A DNA stretch of 64,000 nt from Macrostomum lignano. Lineage: Eukaryota. Below, piece after piece: positions 35,901 to 47,661 of this stretch (position 1 is the stretch's first letter; each line of letters opens with the position of its first letter). The stretch is taken from contig NIVC01001382.1 of NCBI GenBank assembly GCA_002269645.1, forward strand, positions 87,640 through 151,639, written 5' to 3'. The position numbers were made by a program, and so were the translations under genes. The notes under the pieces were generated by a model. It did no database searches. It was not told the origin of the DNA and saw only the letters and a program-made list of their open reading frames with translations.

Positions 35901-38900
35901 TTGAGTAGATTCCAATTGCTCTTTTGAGCTCCAATATCCGCTGAAGCATGTGCAAAGTTGAGTTCCAACGCGTGGAAACATCAAGTATTAGAGCCTTTAT
36001 TTGGCGCTTGCTGTCACTGTCTTCCCTCTCAAGATCAAAAGTCTCAGCCTCAGGCTCAGCAGTTGCACTTGAACTCAAATAAAGATTCTTTTGAATCTCC
36101 TCAAATCTGGTGCATGCAGGCGATGAACGGTGAAAGTGGTGCACCATTTGTCGACAGGTGTTCAGAAGCTCTTTAATGTATTCATCATAATCCAGTGCAG
36201 CCTGCACAATTAAGTTCAGTTTGTGTGCAGCGCATCCAAAGTGTTCAACTTGCTGATCAAGGCTTAAATCTAGCACAGCTCTGCGCATGTTTGCTGCATG
36301 ATCAGTGACGGCGGCAATCGTTTTGTTTTCGAGATCCCACTCATGCAACAACTCTCTCAGCTTTTGACTTAGAAAAGCTGCTGTGTGATTCTCATCCAGG
36401 ATAGTAGCCGCCAAGACTGTTGAGAAGTTGGTCATGTCGGCTGAAATAGCATGAACAGTTAGGCTAATGATTGACTTTCGCTTCTCTGACCAAATGTCTG
36501 AAGTCACTGCAGCATCATCAACTTTTGCCAAGATAAGCCTGATGGCAGCAGCGACACCATCATACATTCCAGGTAGCCTGGTGCGGTAAAACTTTTCGGT
36601 TTTTATCTGGTAGCTTGGAATAGCTTCAGCCAATAGTCGCTGGAAGCCAGGCCCTTGAACAAATTTAAATGGCTGCTGATCAGTTGCAATCATTTCAGTT
36701 ATTAGCTGGTCAAAAATAAGTGACCTCTTGTGGTTAGCTGGCCACTTTGGCTTTGGATAGCAGTCCTCAATTGTTCGTTGCACTTGCTGTGAACTTGGAA
36801 CAGCAGTTGTGGTCATGGTAATGGCAGAGGCAGTTGCACTGTTGTCAATGGTCATTGTAGTACTAGCACTAGTACCAGCTCCAGCAGTTGCATATGAGTC
36901 ATAATATGACACTATGCTCTGCTGCCGCTGCCTTTGCACTTGTACTTGCAGTTGCAGATTGACTTCCTCTTCTTCTCTGATTTCAATTTTGTGCACTCTA
37001 GCAAGATGTCGTTTAAGTCCTGATGTGCTTGAATATTTTACAGCATACACTTGCTTACAAATTTTGCACTGAGCCTTTTGCTCACCCAAAACTTCAATTT
37101 TTTCATAGTGCTTCCAAACAGCAGAACTTGCCATGTAGATGAGCAGTAGCAGTTCAGTGTTAAGTGAAATTGCAGATCCAAAAGCTAGGCTGAAATTTTT
37201 TAATAAAAGTTTTTTGAATATTAAAAAAGAAAAATTATAGAATGTAGTAGGCTGTCAAAGTCACTAGCAATGACTCAATTCTTATATGCCATGGTCAATT
37301 GGTCAATTGGTCAATAACTCTATTGGTCACTGGTCAGTCATGCTTATACTCATACTAATAGTAATAGTTAATTAGATATAAAAATCTATTTAAAAATCTG
37401 TATTAGTTAATAACTAATACATACTACATGCTACATACGTCAGGTCACAGACTCACAGGCACATTATAAAATGAATAAATCATTTCAATTGTAATTTCAA
37501 GAATCAAGACAATAAGCCTTGACAATTAGCCTACAAGTCAAATTTAAAGCAATAGATGTCTACAAGACATAAAAAATTAAATAAGTTTAAATTCATCAAT
37601 AGTATAATATTTAGTTATAATATTAACAATTATATTTTATACTTTAAATAAACTGACAAAATTAAAATTTATTTACTAGTTCATAACCAGTGAAAATCTA
37701 AGGCCTGTCTAGGACCAGAGCTGATGCTGTGGGCTGTGGCTTTACATTTGCAATGCTGACTGAAAGACTACAAAGTTAGACTTCACTAGTCCAGTACAGT
37801 TCACAAACTCAGTATTTCTAGTATTTAAATTTTAAAATCACTGCTAGGCTAGTGCTATAAGTATCGAGTAATTATTACTGTCACTTTCGTTAGAATTATA
37901 CAGTGTAGTGTAGTGTACTCTAATCAATAATCATTTCATCGTCATCCGTCATGTCAGGTCAGTGGTCAGGACTCAGGACTCAGGATCAGGACAGCACAAC
38001 ACTCAGTTAAGCATCGCATCAGTAATAGTAATAGATTTAGTATATTTAGATGCTATGATGTGAAGTAGCAATATCATTGATTCGTAGTAGGCTCTTAGCG
38101 TGAGCGTCTGTGACCGTGAGCGTCAGCCACAGCCAGTTTCCACTTTCCAGGAAGATCGGATTTTTTTCCAGGAAGATAAAATTAAAACATAGTTTTGCAA
38201 TACTTTTTTGCAATATTGATTCCACTTTACACGCTGCAGGCTGCAGCCTAAAAGCAAAAATATGATTCTTTAAAAAGTTTATTTGTCATTTTTAAGCTTT
38301 TGTAAATAACATTTCCTATTTACATTCCAAGAAGGCTACCATTTTTCCAAGAAGTTTGCTATCTATTAGAGTTTGTAATCGTGTTCATATTTGTATCGTA
38401 GGTAGTCGTAGTCGTAGACTTGTAGTATCGTATTCGTAATCATATTCGTTTAAGTAGGTAGGTGAGCAGGTAGGCAGGTATCAGCTAATTACTTGTATTT
38501 CCATTGTCTGTTTGCCTGTTCTGTTGAGACAGTTGAGTGCTGTGTTGTGTTGTCACTTCACTTGTGTTCTGTTCTGTTATCTTGTCTTGTTGTCTTACTG
38601 AATACTGACTGTGTACATGGCTCTTTACATTGAAGCTATGTAAAGGAACTAAAAATTCAAATAAAAGAATCAATCAATTGATTTGGTTCTTACTTCCTTA
38701 CTGCTTCCAATGCCAAGTGCCTTACACTTAATGCTTCAGCTTTTCTTTTGCTTACTGCCACTGCCAGTGCCAGCCGCACTGCCGCAGTGACTGCTTGCCT
38801 ACCTCACTGCTTGTTAGTATCACTGTCACTGGCACACACACAGTACTTGTGCCACACACTCACACAGTGACATTGAATTTGAACTATTGAGTATATTGAT

Positions 38901-39338
38901 ATTTGAGTATTAAGTCTTTTAATGTAACTCTTATCTTATTCTGAAGTCTTAACTAATGTATTAAATAATAATAATGTTTATTGTATATTTATTATATTTA
39001 AATTTAAATATTTATTATATTTAATATAATATATTATATTTATTATATTTATATATTATTATATATTTAATATATTTATATATTATAATATATTTAATGC
39101 TTATCATATATTTATTATACATTTAATATATTATATTAAATTTAATATATTGATATATTTATTATATATTTAATAGTAATCCGCATATGCTAAAAGTATT
39201 AAGATTTATTATGATTTTTTTCCAATTATTGAGCTGTCCTAAAGATCTTGTCCCGAATTCCCGAGGCCCGACCCGGGCCCGAGTCCTCATTCCCGGGCCC
39301 GACCCGGGCCCGACTTTGGCCGTCCCGGTCGCCCCCTA
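32906..39338 (-). mobile_element. Full-length hAT DNA transposon (6433 bp)
   Basis: 12-bp TIR TAGGGGGCGACC / GGTCGCCCCCTA, 8-bp TSD CAGTAGAC (32898-32905 / 39339-39346), and GGGCCCGA subterminal repeats at both ends. Confidence 0.96.
34974..37134 (-). pseudogene. hAT transposase with BED finger; one frameshift before the catalytic Glu
   Basis: VWKHY...CKIC...GLKRHL..VH; TSDIWS; VTDHAANM; GCAAHKLNL; DVSTRWNST. After CVPAT a 1-nt shift gives VASERLFS...NRASLKPSTLEKLVF...FR* (stop at 34974-76). Confidence 0.93.
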
Positions 39339-39550
39339 CAGTAGACAAATGTGGCCGCAACGAGTCAGTTGCTAACTTCCAATGGTTTGATCATCAATCA
39401 GAATGGAGTGAAAATACAGCGTGAGAGAGAGAGAGAATAATATGGAGTGAAATAGAAACAGAGCGCTGGCCTTCAAGGTCCTCATTTGCGCCATACAGTA
39501 CAGTCGCACACACAATATAGGCTCAGGCGTACAGTACTGCACGCGAGACG

Positions 39551-39793
39551 CCCGTTTTCATGGGCCGGGTGCTCATGAGAAGCCCGTTTTCATGGGGTGA
39601 GTGCTCATTAAAAGCCTGTTTTTTTTGGGGTGAGTGCTCATGAGAAGCCTGTTTTCATGGGGTGAGTGCTCATGAGAAGCCTGTTTTCATGGGGTGAGTG
39701 CTCACGAGAAGCCCGTTTTCATGGGGTGAGTGCTCACGAGAAGCCCGTTTTCATGGGGTGAGTGCTCACGAGAAGCCCGTTTTCATGGGGTGG
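39551..39793. repeat. 32-bp tandem repeat, 8 copies
   Basis: CCCGTTTTCATGGGGTGAGTGCTCATGAGAAG at 32-bp spacing. Confidence 0.92.
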
Positions 39794-39829
39794 GATTTCC
39801 ATCCTCTTCTTCAGCCTGATGCTGAAACT

Positions 39830-40090
39830 CTGTTGCGTATTTATAAATATTTCTGTCAACAATAATGAGACAAATTTAGTCCATTATAAAACGCAGGTGT
39901 GAGGACACTGTTGACAATATACCAAAGGTCCTGAGACATTAACGACGGAGCAACTGCTGACGAGTTTGTGTCGTCCCTCCGTGAGCTGAACGACAGTTGT
40001 GAATCGGGCGGCACTTCATGACCCTCATCGTCACCGCACTCGGCAAGAACAGTTAGAATTCCGACGTACTGCGAAGGAAGAAATACTTGA
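39830..40090 (+). pseudogene. Highly degraded Gypsy gag-like remnant
   Basis: ATADEFVSSLRELNDSCE resembles the E...FV..LR.L...CE gag motif. Many stops. Confidence 0.3.
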
Positions 40091-41199
40091 ACGCATAATT
40101 CGTATACTGTTTTCGATACAATACACACTTACGTAGCATGCATTTACATAAATAAGATTATTATTTCATAGTATACAATATTCCAAAGTATTAAAAATGG
40201 CGAATAAAACCATTATCATGGTGAAATTGTGCTGCACTTATCAAAATTGCCAATGGCCAATCTAACCCAAACGAAACTTTAATATTTTATGTTCCGATGT
40301 TGACACTATACGAATAATCCGTCTCCACCACAATCAAAGCAATCCCAAATTGAACATTTTAGAATTTATCGTTTTATACACATTTGATTTGTTCTGAATT
40401 GACTGAAATACTGAAAAGGCGGTAATATTTTATATTTTATATTTTATAATATTTCTAAATGCAATCTGCAGTTTCTGTCAAAGAGGCCAATTTCATTTTT
40501 ATCGCACGTTTCCCAACATTTTCGAAGGAATACCATGCACAATGCTACTGAAGAGATCAACTTACCTGCTTGTTTCCACAGCGTAATCTGATCTTTCGTA
40601 GCCGGTCAAATGATGTCTGCATATGGGCTGGGAACTCCATGACGAAGGCTCCATCCCCGTTAGCTTTGCTTCCCGACTCTTTTGAAGGGCACTTTTAGCG
40701 CACTTAGCCATTGTAAATATAAATGTTTCTATCGGAACAATGTAAAAGTACGAACTACAATGTAAAATGGTAGGAGTGTAAGAACAGTCAGAGCATAACA
40801 GCTATAAAACGCTGTCTATCAACATACGCGACTCGATGAAAGCTTAGTAACGCAGTTCTCATTCTCACTACTTTGGATGCTGCGATCTTTTAGCATCCTC
40901 TCACACCAATGTACAGGAATATTCCTATGGTCTATGGTTGAGTGAGACGAAGTTGAGTCAGATGCATCAACTGCGTAAGAACACAATGCAAGAGATATAA
41001 TGGTGTATATGGTTTGAAAAACTGAGTAGCATCAGCTCAGAAATTGAAGAGAAATTGAAGTGTTGTATATGGCCATAGACGTATTATTATTTTTCGAGCT
41101 CTCACTGCAAGAAAAAATACACTAAATAGATAGGGAAAATACAGTTTTTTTATATTTAAGACCTTTACAATTGAAGCAGATAAAAGAAATTTTAACCAT

Positions 41200-41381
41200 A
41201 CAATCCTTGGCTGAGTTGCAATTTTTTGGTGAAAACGCGATCAAAATTGGTCAAGAATTGCAGTCTGTAGAGCGTTTTACACGGACAGACAGACATAGAT
41301 TAGAGATTTAGTATATGGGACCGTAGAGATTTGGTATATTTAGATAGACTAGCAATTTAAGCCCCCCTTTGGGGGGTGCAA
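41200..41381 (+). mobile_element. Possible Helentron/DINE-like non-autonomous element junction
   Basis: ACAGACAGAC microsatellite plus a TTAGTATATGG tail, followed by ACTAGCAATTTAAGCCCCCC.TTGGGGGG.GCAA, which also occurs at ~32427-32460. Confidence 0.35.
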
Positions 41382-41489
41382 GAATGACGCCAAGTCGTTT
41401 TTATTTTGGCCAATGAGTAAAAACCTTACTTATTATTCAAAATCCATTAATCAAAACTTACTTTTTCTCAATTTTGGCAAAAATTAATT

Positions 41490-42422
41490 GCCATGAATCA
41501 AAACCTTCACCAGCCAAAGTTTCCTTCATCAGCCAAAAAACCCTTTCTCATTCAGCAAATAGTACTTATCCTTTCAAGCACAAACTCTTAGGGCATATCG
41601 TCATTGGCCTGGGCATATTCTGGTCCGCAGCAGGAGCTCAATATGCCATAAGCCTTGATGACATCTCAATAATTTCCCCAGTAAACCTTGACAATTCAGC
41701 AATTCCCCTCAGTAAGCCTTGAAATCTCAGTAATTCCCCAGTAAGTCTCGAATCTCATTAATTCTTCCAGTAAGTCTTGAAGTCTAAGCAATTCCCCCAG
41801 TAAGCCTTGACATCTCAGCAATTCCCCCCAGTAAGCCTTGAAATCTCAGTAATTCCCCAGTAAGTCTCGAATCTCAGTAATTCCTCCAGTAAGTCTTGAC
41901 TTCTCACAATTCCCCCAGTAGGCCTTGACAACTCAGCAATTCCCCCAAGTAAGCCTTGACATCTCAGTAATTCCCCCAGTAAGCCTTGACATCTCAGTAA
42001 TTCCCCCAGTAAGCCTTGACATCTCAGTAATTCCTCCAGTAAGTCTTGAAGTCTAAGCAATTCCCCCAGTAAGCCTTGACATCTCAGCAATTCCCCCAGT
42101 AAGCCTTGACATCTCAGCAATTCCTCCCAGTAAGCCTTGACATCTCAGCAATTCCCCCCAGCAAGCCTTGAAATCTCAGCAATTCCCCGAGTAAGCCTTG
42201 AAATCTCAGAAATTCCCCCAGTAAGCCTTGACATCTCAGCAATTCCCCCAGTAAACCTTGACAATTCAGCAATTCCCCCGGTAAGCCTTGACAACTCAAC
42301 AATTCCCCCAGTTGCCATGAATCAAAACCTTCACCAGACAAAGTTTTCTTCATCAGCCCAAAACCCTTTCTCATTCAGCAAATAGTACTTATTCTTTCAA
42401 GCACAAACTCTTTGGGCATATC
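41490..42422. repeat. ~30-bp minisatellite (~21 copies) bracketed by ~110-bp direct repeats
   Basis: AATTCCCCCAGTAAGCCTTGACATCTCAGC units at ~41655-42312; 41490-41599 is ~95% identical to 42314-42422. Confidence 0.9.
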
Positions 42423-43155
42423 TTCGGGCTGCCATTAACATTGATACAATGTTTTTTCAATGGTTGAAAAAAGGTTGCTATTGGATGTTGAAATAACGTC
42501 GTTTTTGGCCCGCCTTTTTAAGATTTTTAAACGTTGGTGGCCAACGTTGGGATTAGATTAAAAAATAACCGTCTACCAACCTTTTTGCTACATGCCCCAC
42601 TGACTACTTATAGACATAGCTCTATAGTTTCAGAAAATAATTAACAGAAGAGTCTTTTGCTTTTATTTTTAGCAAAAGAGATTGATTGCAATTTTATTTA
42701 TTTAAAGTGGCGTAGTAAACTTATGGTTACGTCGATAATAGGTGTTATAAAATGAAACTCTGCTTGTATAAATTTGGTTAATATGTTTTGAAGTATAATT
42801 TATTAAAAGCATACTTTAGTAGGAAAGATTAAAAGACTGCATGAACACTTATATAGAAAGATGCGCTCTTACGCGGGCGGGCCCGTAAAATTGAACTTCG
42901 TTAATTAGTTGACCGAATTTTTGCAGTAGCTAAAATAAGCTCATATGGGAAAGTAGTGCTTGCAAACATGCTTACTAAAAGTAGTTAAGAGTTTAATTGT
43001 TTTTGTCGTCCAGTAAAAATTTGAGTTTCTGACCATTTCTGATAGAAGAACTAATATGTTTAAATAGATAATTTTTGTATGAGCATAGCAAGTACAATAT
43101 ACTTTACAAGCTATTTGATACGGATGGTGGATGTTGTTTATGTTATATAAGTGGC

Positions 43156-43770
43156 TTAGTCTGCATACATTTCACATAGAAGATCCCCATCCTCCTTGGT
43201 GTCCGCGTCACCGTCCTCAGCAGAATCACTCGAAATTGTCGAACCTTCAGCAGCTGCGGAACCAGTCTGGTTTCCAACAAGCAGCAACCTTTCGCTCTGC
43301 TTTCTGATTCGAGTGCCTGCGTGCCTTAGATGCTCGCCAACTGCGGCTTCGGCCGTTATTTTTGTGCAGTCACGGAAGACGCCAGAAGTTGCAGCTAAAA
43401 ACACAAGATTTTGAAATATATTTTAAGCAGTACCTTTGAGGGATACAACTGTGTAAGGCTAATCATATTTAACTCAGCTTTGTCAACTCGATTTAATACA
43501 GCTATATAATGTTGCAAATTGCACCAAACTGATTTATAGGAATCTTACTTACCATGGATAATAGGAAATAGACCGAGAGAGTCGAAGCTTCTCTTTGCGG
43601 CTCCTCGGCGAGTAGCCCCTTGCAGGCTAAACTGTGCTGCAAGGTCATCCGTCATGAGCTGTCGCAAAATGTTGGAAATCAAGTAATTTATGCTGCTCTA
43701 TGCTGCCATCGTCAAAAATGACCAGCACAAATTTTTTCTCCAAATGGGACATTTTCGGATGATTAGCTGG
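43156..43770 (-). pseudogene. Spliced EnSpm accessory (DUF4806-like) gene, internally deleted
   Basis: Exon ...ILRQLMTDDLAAQFSLQG...KRSF..LGL..IIH | intron 43395-43552 (GTAAGT...TTTTTAG) | AATSGVF...EAAVGEHLRHAGTR splices in frame. An N-terminal FVLVIFDDGSIE sits out of frame just upstream. Confidence 0.6.
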
Positions 43771-44932
43771 CTATTCTTAATTCTATGAAATAAAATGGAG
43801 CTAGGATGACACCTAAGGCTAAAGCACTTAAACTAGATTTGATGAGAATATTCTAACGACAAAAGATAAAGTCAATATGATTAAGTCAGCTAGCTGAAGC
43901 AAAATATACAAACAGTTTTCTTTTTACTCATTTACCACTTGCATATTGGCTTTAAAGTATATTTCCATCAGTCTTCACTCCTCAGTCAACCAATTAAAAT
44001 GAAGCAGCCCCCGGAATAAGGCCTCACCACCTGGTCAGTTGAACATTGGACATTGGACAAGCAAAATTGTACTGAAATTGTATCTTTCAGCAGCGGCAGA
44101 TCCAGGCTTTTTGCTTAGGGGCTGAGAATTACATGTGAGGGTGCCGCCTTTTGTCAGGCAGGGGCGCCTGGCGCCGCATCAGGTTAGAACCTATGCAATG
44201 AATGCCGTTTTTAGCGCTTGTAGCACCTTTTGGCGCCTGTGACCCTTTCTAGGACAACGGAGCAACCTCCTGTGACAGGGCGCCCACCTAAGACAGGCGC
44301 TGTTCGATTTGGGTGGCGGGGGGCAACTGGGCGGGTCAATAGGTCATGTGAATAAAGTGAGCAGTTGCTCAAACTCTTTCGTTCCTTCGTTATATGAGTG
44401 ATTCGCTCATCGTATTGCAGATCATTGTTGGTAAAATAAATAGGACAAAGTCATATCTTCTTTAAGGAACCAAAAATTTTTTTAGAAACCATAAAGCTAA
44501 GCCTTGGGGCTTGGGGAAACCTGGAGAGCCAGTAATTTATGACGGGGAGACATTTACTTCCTTAATCGTTTATCCTTTCATTGACAGGAAGGAAGCAAAA
44601 TTATTTAAAATTACTTGTAAAAGTTGTAACCTTCTTATGCCATGACTTCAATCTATCTGATTTCATCAAACCATCCAGACTCGATAGATCCCATGTCGTC
44701 ATATCTTATCTGCCATATTTCTATTTCTTCTGATTTGAATTTATGTACTTTTCTTAGTGTTGTACAAAGGTTATGTGAGAGTGAATGATTAGCAAACGTG
44801 AAACATGCAGAATCAATCAGCAGTAGATTCTAAGAACATCGCACGTTAAAAACAGCATTTTAAACATTCGAAAAGCGTGAAAAGCGAAGTAAGTACAAAG
44901 TATTAGAAGGCTGAAAATAAGAGTCAGATTTT

Positions 44933-46439
44933 TCAGCTTCGCATGGAGTGCAGTAGTGGGAAAGCGACTTGCTTATCTTTTAAAGGGATAAGCATTGCCT
45001 TGCAGAAAATATCTTCTTTTCGTAATAAACTGTAGCCGCTGGAAAGCTTACTCACAACGGATATCATATTGGTGTCAAAAGAGTTCACCGGAGTTACATA
45101 AAGAGGCTCTGCTTGCCTAAAACTACAAACATTCAGGTAGCAGGAATTATCAACAGTGGAAAGTATGTGAAAAACTCGACACACGAGCCCAGTTCGAGTC
45201 ATAAAATAGCAATCAGGCTTAGAAACCGATAGAAATGTTGACTTTAAAGGTAAGTCGAGGCGAGAAAAAGCTGTGGAAACTCGAACAGGCAGAATAGTGT
45301 TAGGCAGAGGCATGGGGCTGGACAGAGTAAACTGGGCTAATTGTACTTTTTCGACATGCTTTTTAAGAAAACCGAGCGTAACATCTCTCTCAGAGACTCG
45401 CTTTACAACTTGCTGAAGAGCCATGAAGGGACCACGGCAAAAGGCAGCAATGAAACGTTGAAAATTTTCGCCCCAAAAGCAGCTAAACTGCTCCAAGGGG
45501 CCAAATCGGCGCACATCAGCAGGGATATGGATGAGGGTGTGCAAATTGTACACTATGAATTCTTGCCCCCAAAGGCGTTGACAGCAACGAAGAATCCATT
45601 TCGCAAGGCTTTCGGCATAGTCGCAGTGCATGCTGCTCGTGATCGGATTCGAAAGCAGAAAGGAAAAAACGTGTAAGGATACAAACAGACTGTACATCGT
45701 GTCTGAAACAAGGCCTTGCAGGACAACAGGAGCCAAATACAGAATAAAAAGTCGAAACTCGACTGCCTTCCACTGCCCTAAAACATCCAATGATCGAGGC
45801 TTACGCGGGAAGTCATGGGTTATGCCTTGCGCCACAACTTCTAGTGCGCTGTTAATTTCACGCTTTGAGGCAGATGCAACACGATGAGGCACAACAGCTG
45901 AGCCTAGGTTGTTTAAGCACTTATGAACAACTCCTTCGTACAGTAGGTGCATTGGGTCTACAGGAAACGTTGAAATCATATCGATTGGCAATGCACAAAA
46001 TAAGCTAGCAGATGTAACGTGCTGTTTGTACAAATGATTTTGAGGACATTCGGGTGAACTAGCAAAACGGAAATCAGCATCAGTTCTAATTGGTGCATCT
46101 GTGTCGCAGAAAACAACTCTTCCATGCACATACTGACCTCGCACGGTGCACTTGTCACAAGCAGAATAGCCAGTGCAGTTTTTCGTACCTATTACAAAGT
46201 GCCTTGCAGGAGCATCACACATAACCATCTCTAGAACAAATGGGATGGTAACACCGGAATTAATATAGCCATTAGAGAGTAAGTCACTGAGTTCAGAGAT
46301 GCTATCCGACAAAAAATCAGAGGCAGACAAAGGCTTTTTTGAGCCACAATAAATTCCAATTACAAAATCAGAATGCGAGATTCCTTTCACTCGACCCCAT
46401 ATGGGCCACATTGTGGTATTGCAACTCTTATAAACCTTA
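44933..46439 (-). CDS. EnSpm/CACTA-type transposase, C-terminal ~490 aa intact, 5' end cut by an LTR (copy 3)
   Basis: WPI, GIYCG..KP, CDAPAR..K..TGYSACDKC, PVDPMHLLYEG, RKPRSL, WKAVEFRLF, YNLHTLIH, FGPL..FSCF.GEN in one frame. LTR begins at 46440. Confidence 0.9.
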
Positions 46440-47309
46440 TGTTGTAGGTGTCTTTACTATTATTGTATTCTTATTCCACTATGCCACCAAGTTGTTGCAG
46501 GCTTAAACTCTCTCTAGAAATTATCCTACCGCAGGCACCAAGTTGTTGCAGGGCTATACACTTCCTAATTTATAATTACGCTACGGAATCAAGTTGTTGT
46601 AACTTAAGATAGTTATTACTCCATAAAATTGCTTAGTCAATTGCTGCTTCTTAGAAAATATCAAGTCTAGAATTCTAATCTAAGGACTCCTTGAATCTAT
46701 GCAAGTCGCCCTGGTAGCAGTGTCGAGCGGCAAACACTGGTCTACATGTAGTTATGAATCTCACTACTATTATTATTACTACTATTAATTCCCTATATTT
46801 AGTTGCGGGCTCCCTGTGAAGGAGTTGCCCGACTCGTCAACCGTCTATTTCTGGCTTCTCACAGCTTTCCTGGCCTCTTACGGCTTTTTCTGGCTTCTTA
46901 CAGTTTTTCTTGGCCTCTTACGGCTTTTCTGGCTTCTTACAGTTTTTCTTGGCCTCTTACGGCTTTTCTGGCTTCTTACAGCTTTTCTTGGCCTCTTACG
47001 GCTTTTCTGGCTTCTTACAGCTTTCTCTCCTGTCTTGCTTTCCAGTGACTAAGACAACACGTTTTGCTTTTCTTGACCAAATCGAGGAAACGGCGGGCGA
47101 AGTTTCTAAAGCCCGAAAACGCTTGTATTTATAGGTTTACTGAGGGGGAGGACGGGTGCGCGGGACGTGGTTAAACAAAATATCAATTTAAACAAAATAA
47201 TTATTCTTCGCTATAACAAAATAATTCCGTAACTAAGAAATTTGGCGTAAATTCGAAATGGTATACGTATAAAAATATTGGGCCTGCCTCAACTGGCTTC
47301 CCTTCTACA
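46440..47309 (-). repeat. 3' LTR of element A (outer U3 boundary uncertain, could extend to ~47650)
   Basis: Ends ...CTACAACA at 46440. TATAAAT at 47127-47133. 18/36-bp repeats at ~46850-47025. Candidate start TGTAGAAGGG at 47309, with no obvious PPT. Confidence 0.75.
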
Positions 47310-47661
47310 TATTTATGAATAAACTCGTGAGTGAATAAATGTGTAGTTAAAGTGCAAGAGGGACTTTTAATCACACAACGTAGGCACTAAATAAAATTGG
47401 CTGACACTAAAACATTAAAACAGCACACAACATGGTAATATCAGTAATATAGTTAGTGGAAGAATTGAGCAAGGTTGGCTATTATTAAAAAGGGCATGAA
47501 GTTGAGCACACAAAAAGATGTTTGGCTAAATATAAAGTTGCACAAAGTTGAGCACACAAAAATTTTGGCTAAATAGGTATGCATGCAAAATTAGTGAAGG
47601 CTAAATAGGTATGCATGCAATGCGAAAAAATAACAGTACATGACAGTTCAATTATAGTCAC

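Noticed and set aside
40568-40712. THAP-like exon (MAKCAK...FP...; GTAAGT donor) on the minus strand
   Set aside because: The C2CH signature is incomplete and split across frames; too weak to call.
41815-42385. LLRCQGLLGE leucine-rich repeat ORFs
   Set aside because: 30-bp minisatellite with frame-breaking 29/31-bp units; not an LRR consensus.
46440-46600. CRISPR array call for the repeat-spacer pattern (also 55107-55270)
   Set aside because: Eukaryotic LTR context, no cas genes, only 3-4 degenerate units, and the repeat is explained as LTR end plus PBS.
46713-46800. tRNA gene or self-cleaving ribozyme at the conserved LTR block
   Set aside because: Only a 5'-half resemblance, with no anticodon or T arm following. 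No hammerhead CTGANGA/GAAA core or convincing HDV/twister pattern was found by eye.
46803-47134. Hydrophobic FWLLTAFL repeat ORFs (also 55505-55807 and 54911-55242)
   Set aside because: LTR or leader tandem repeats, not coding.
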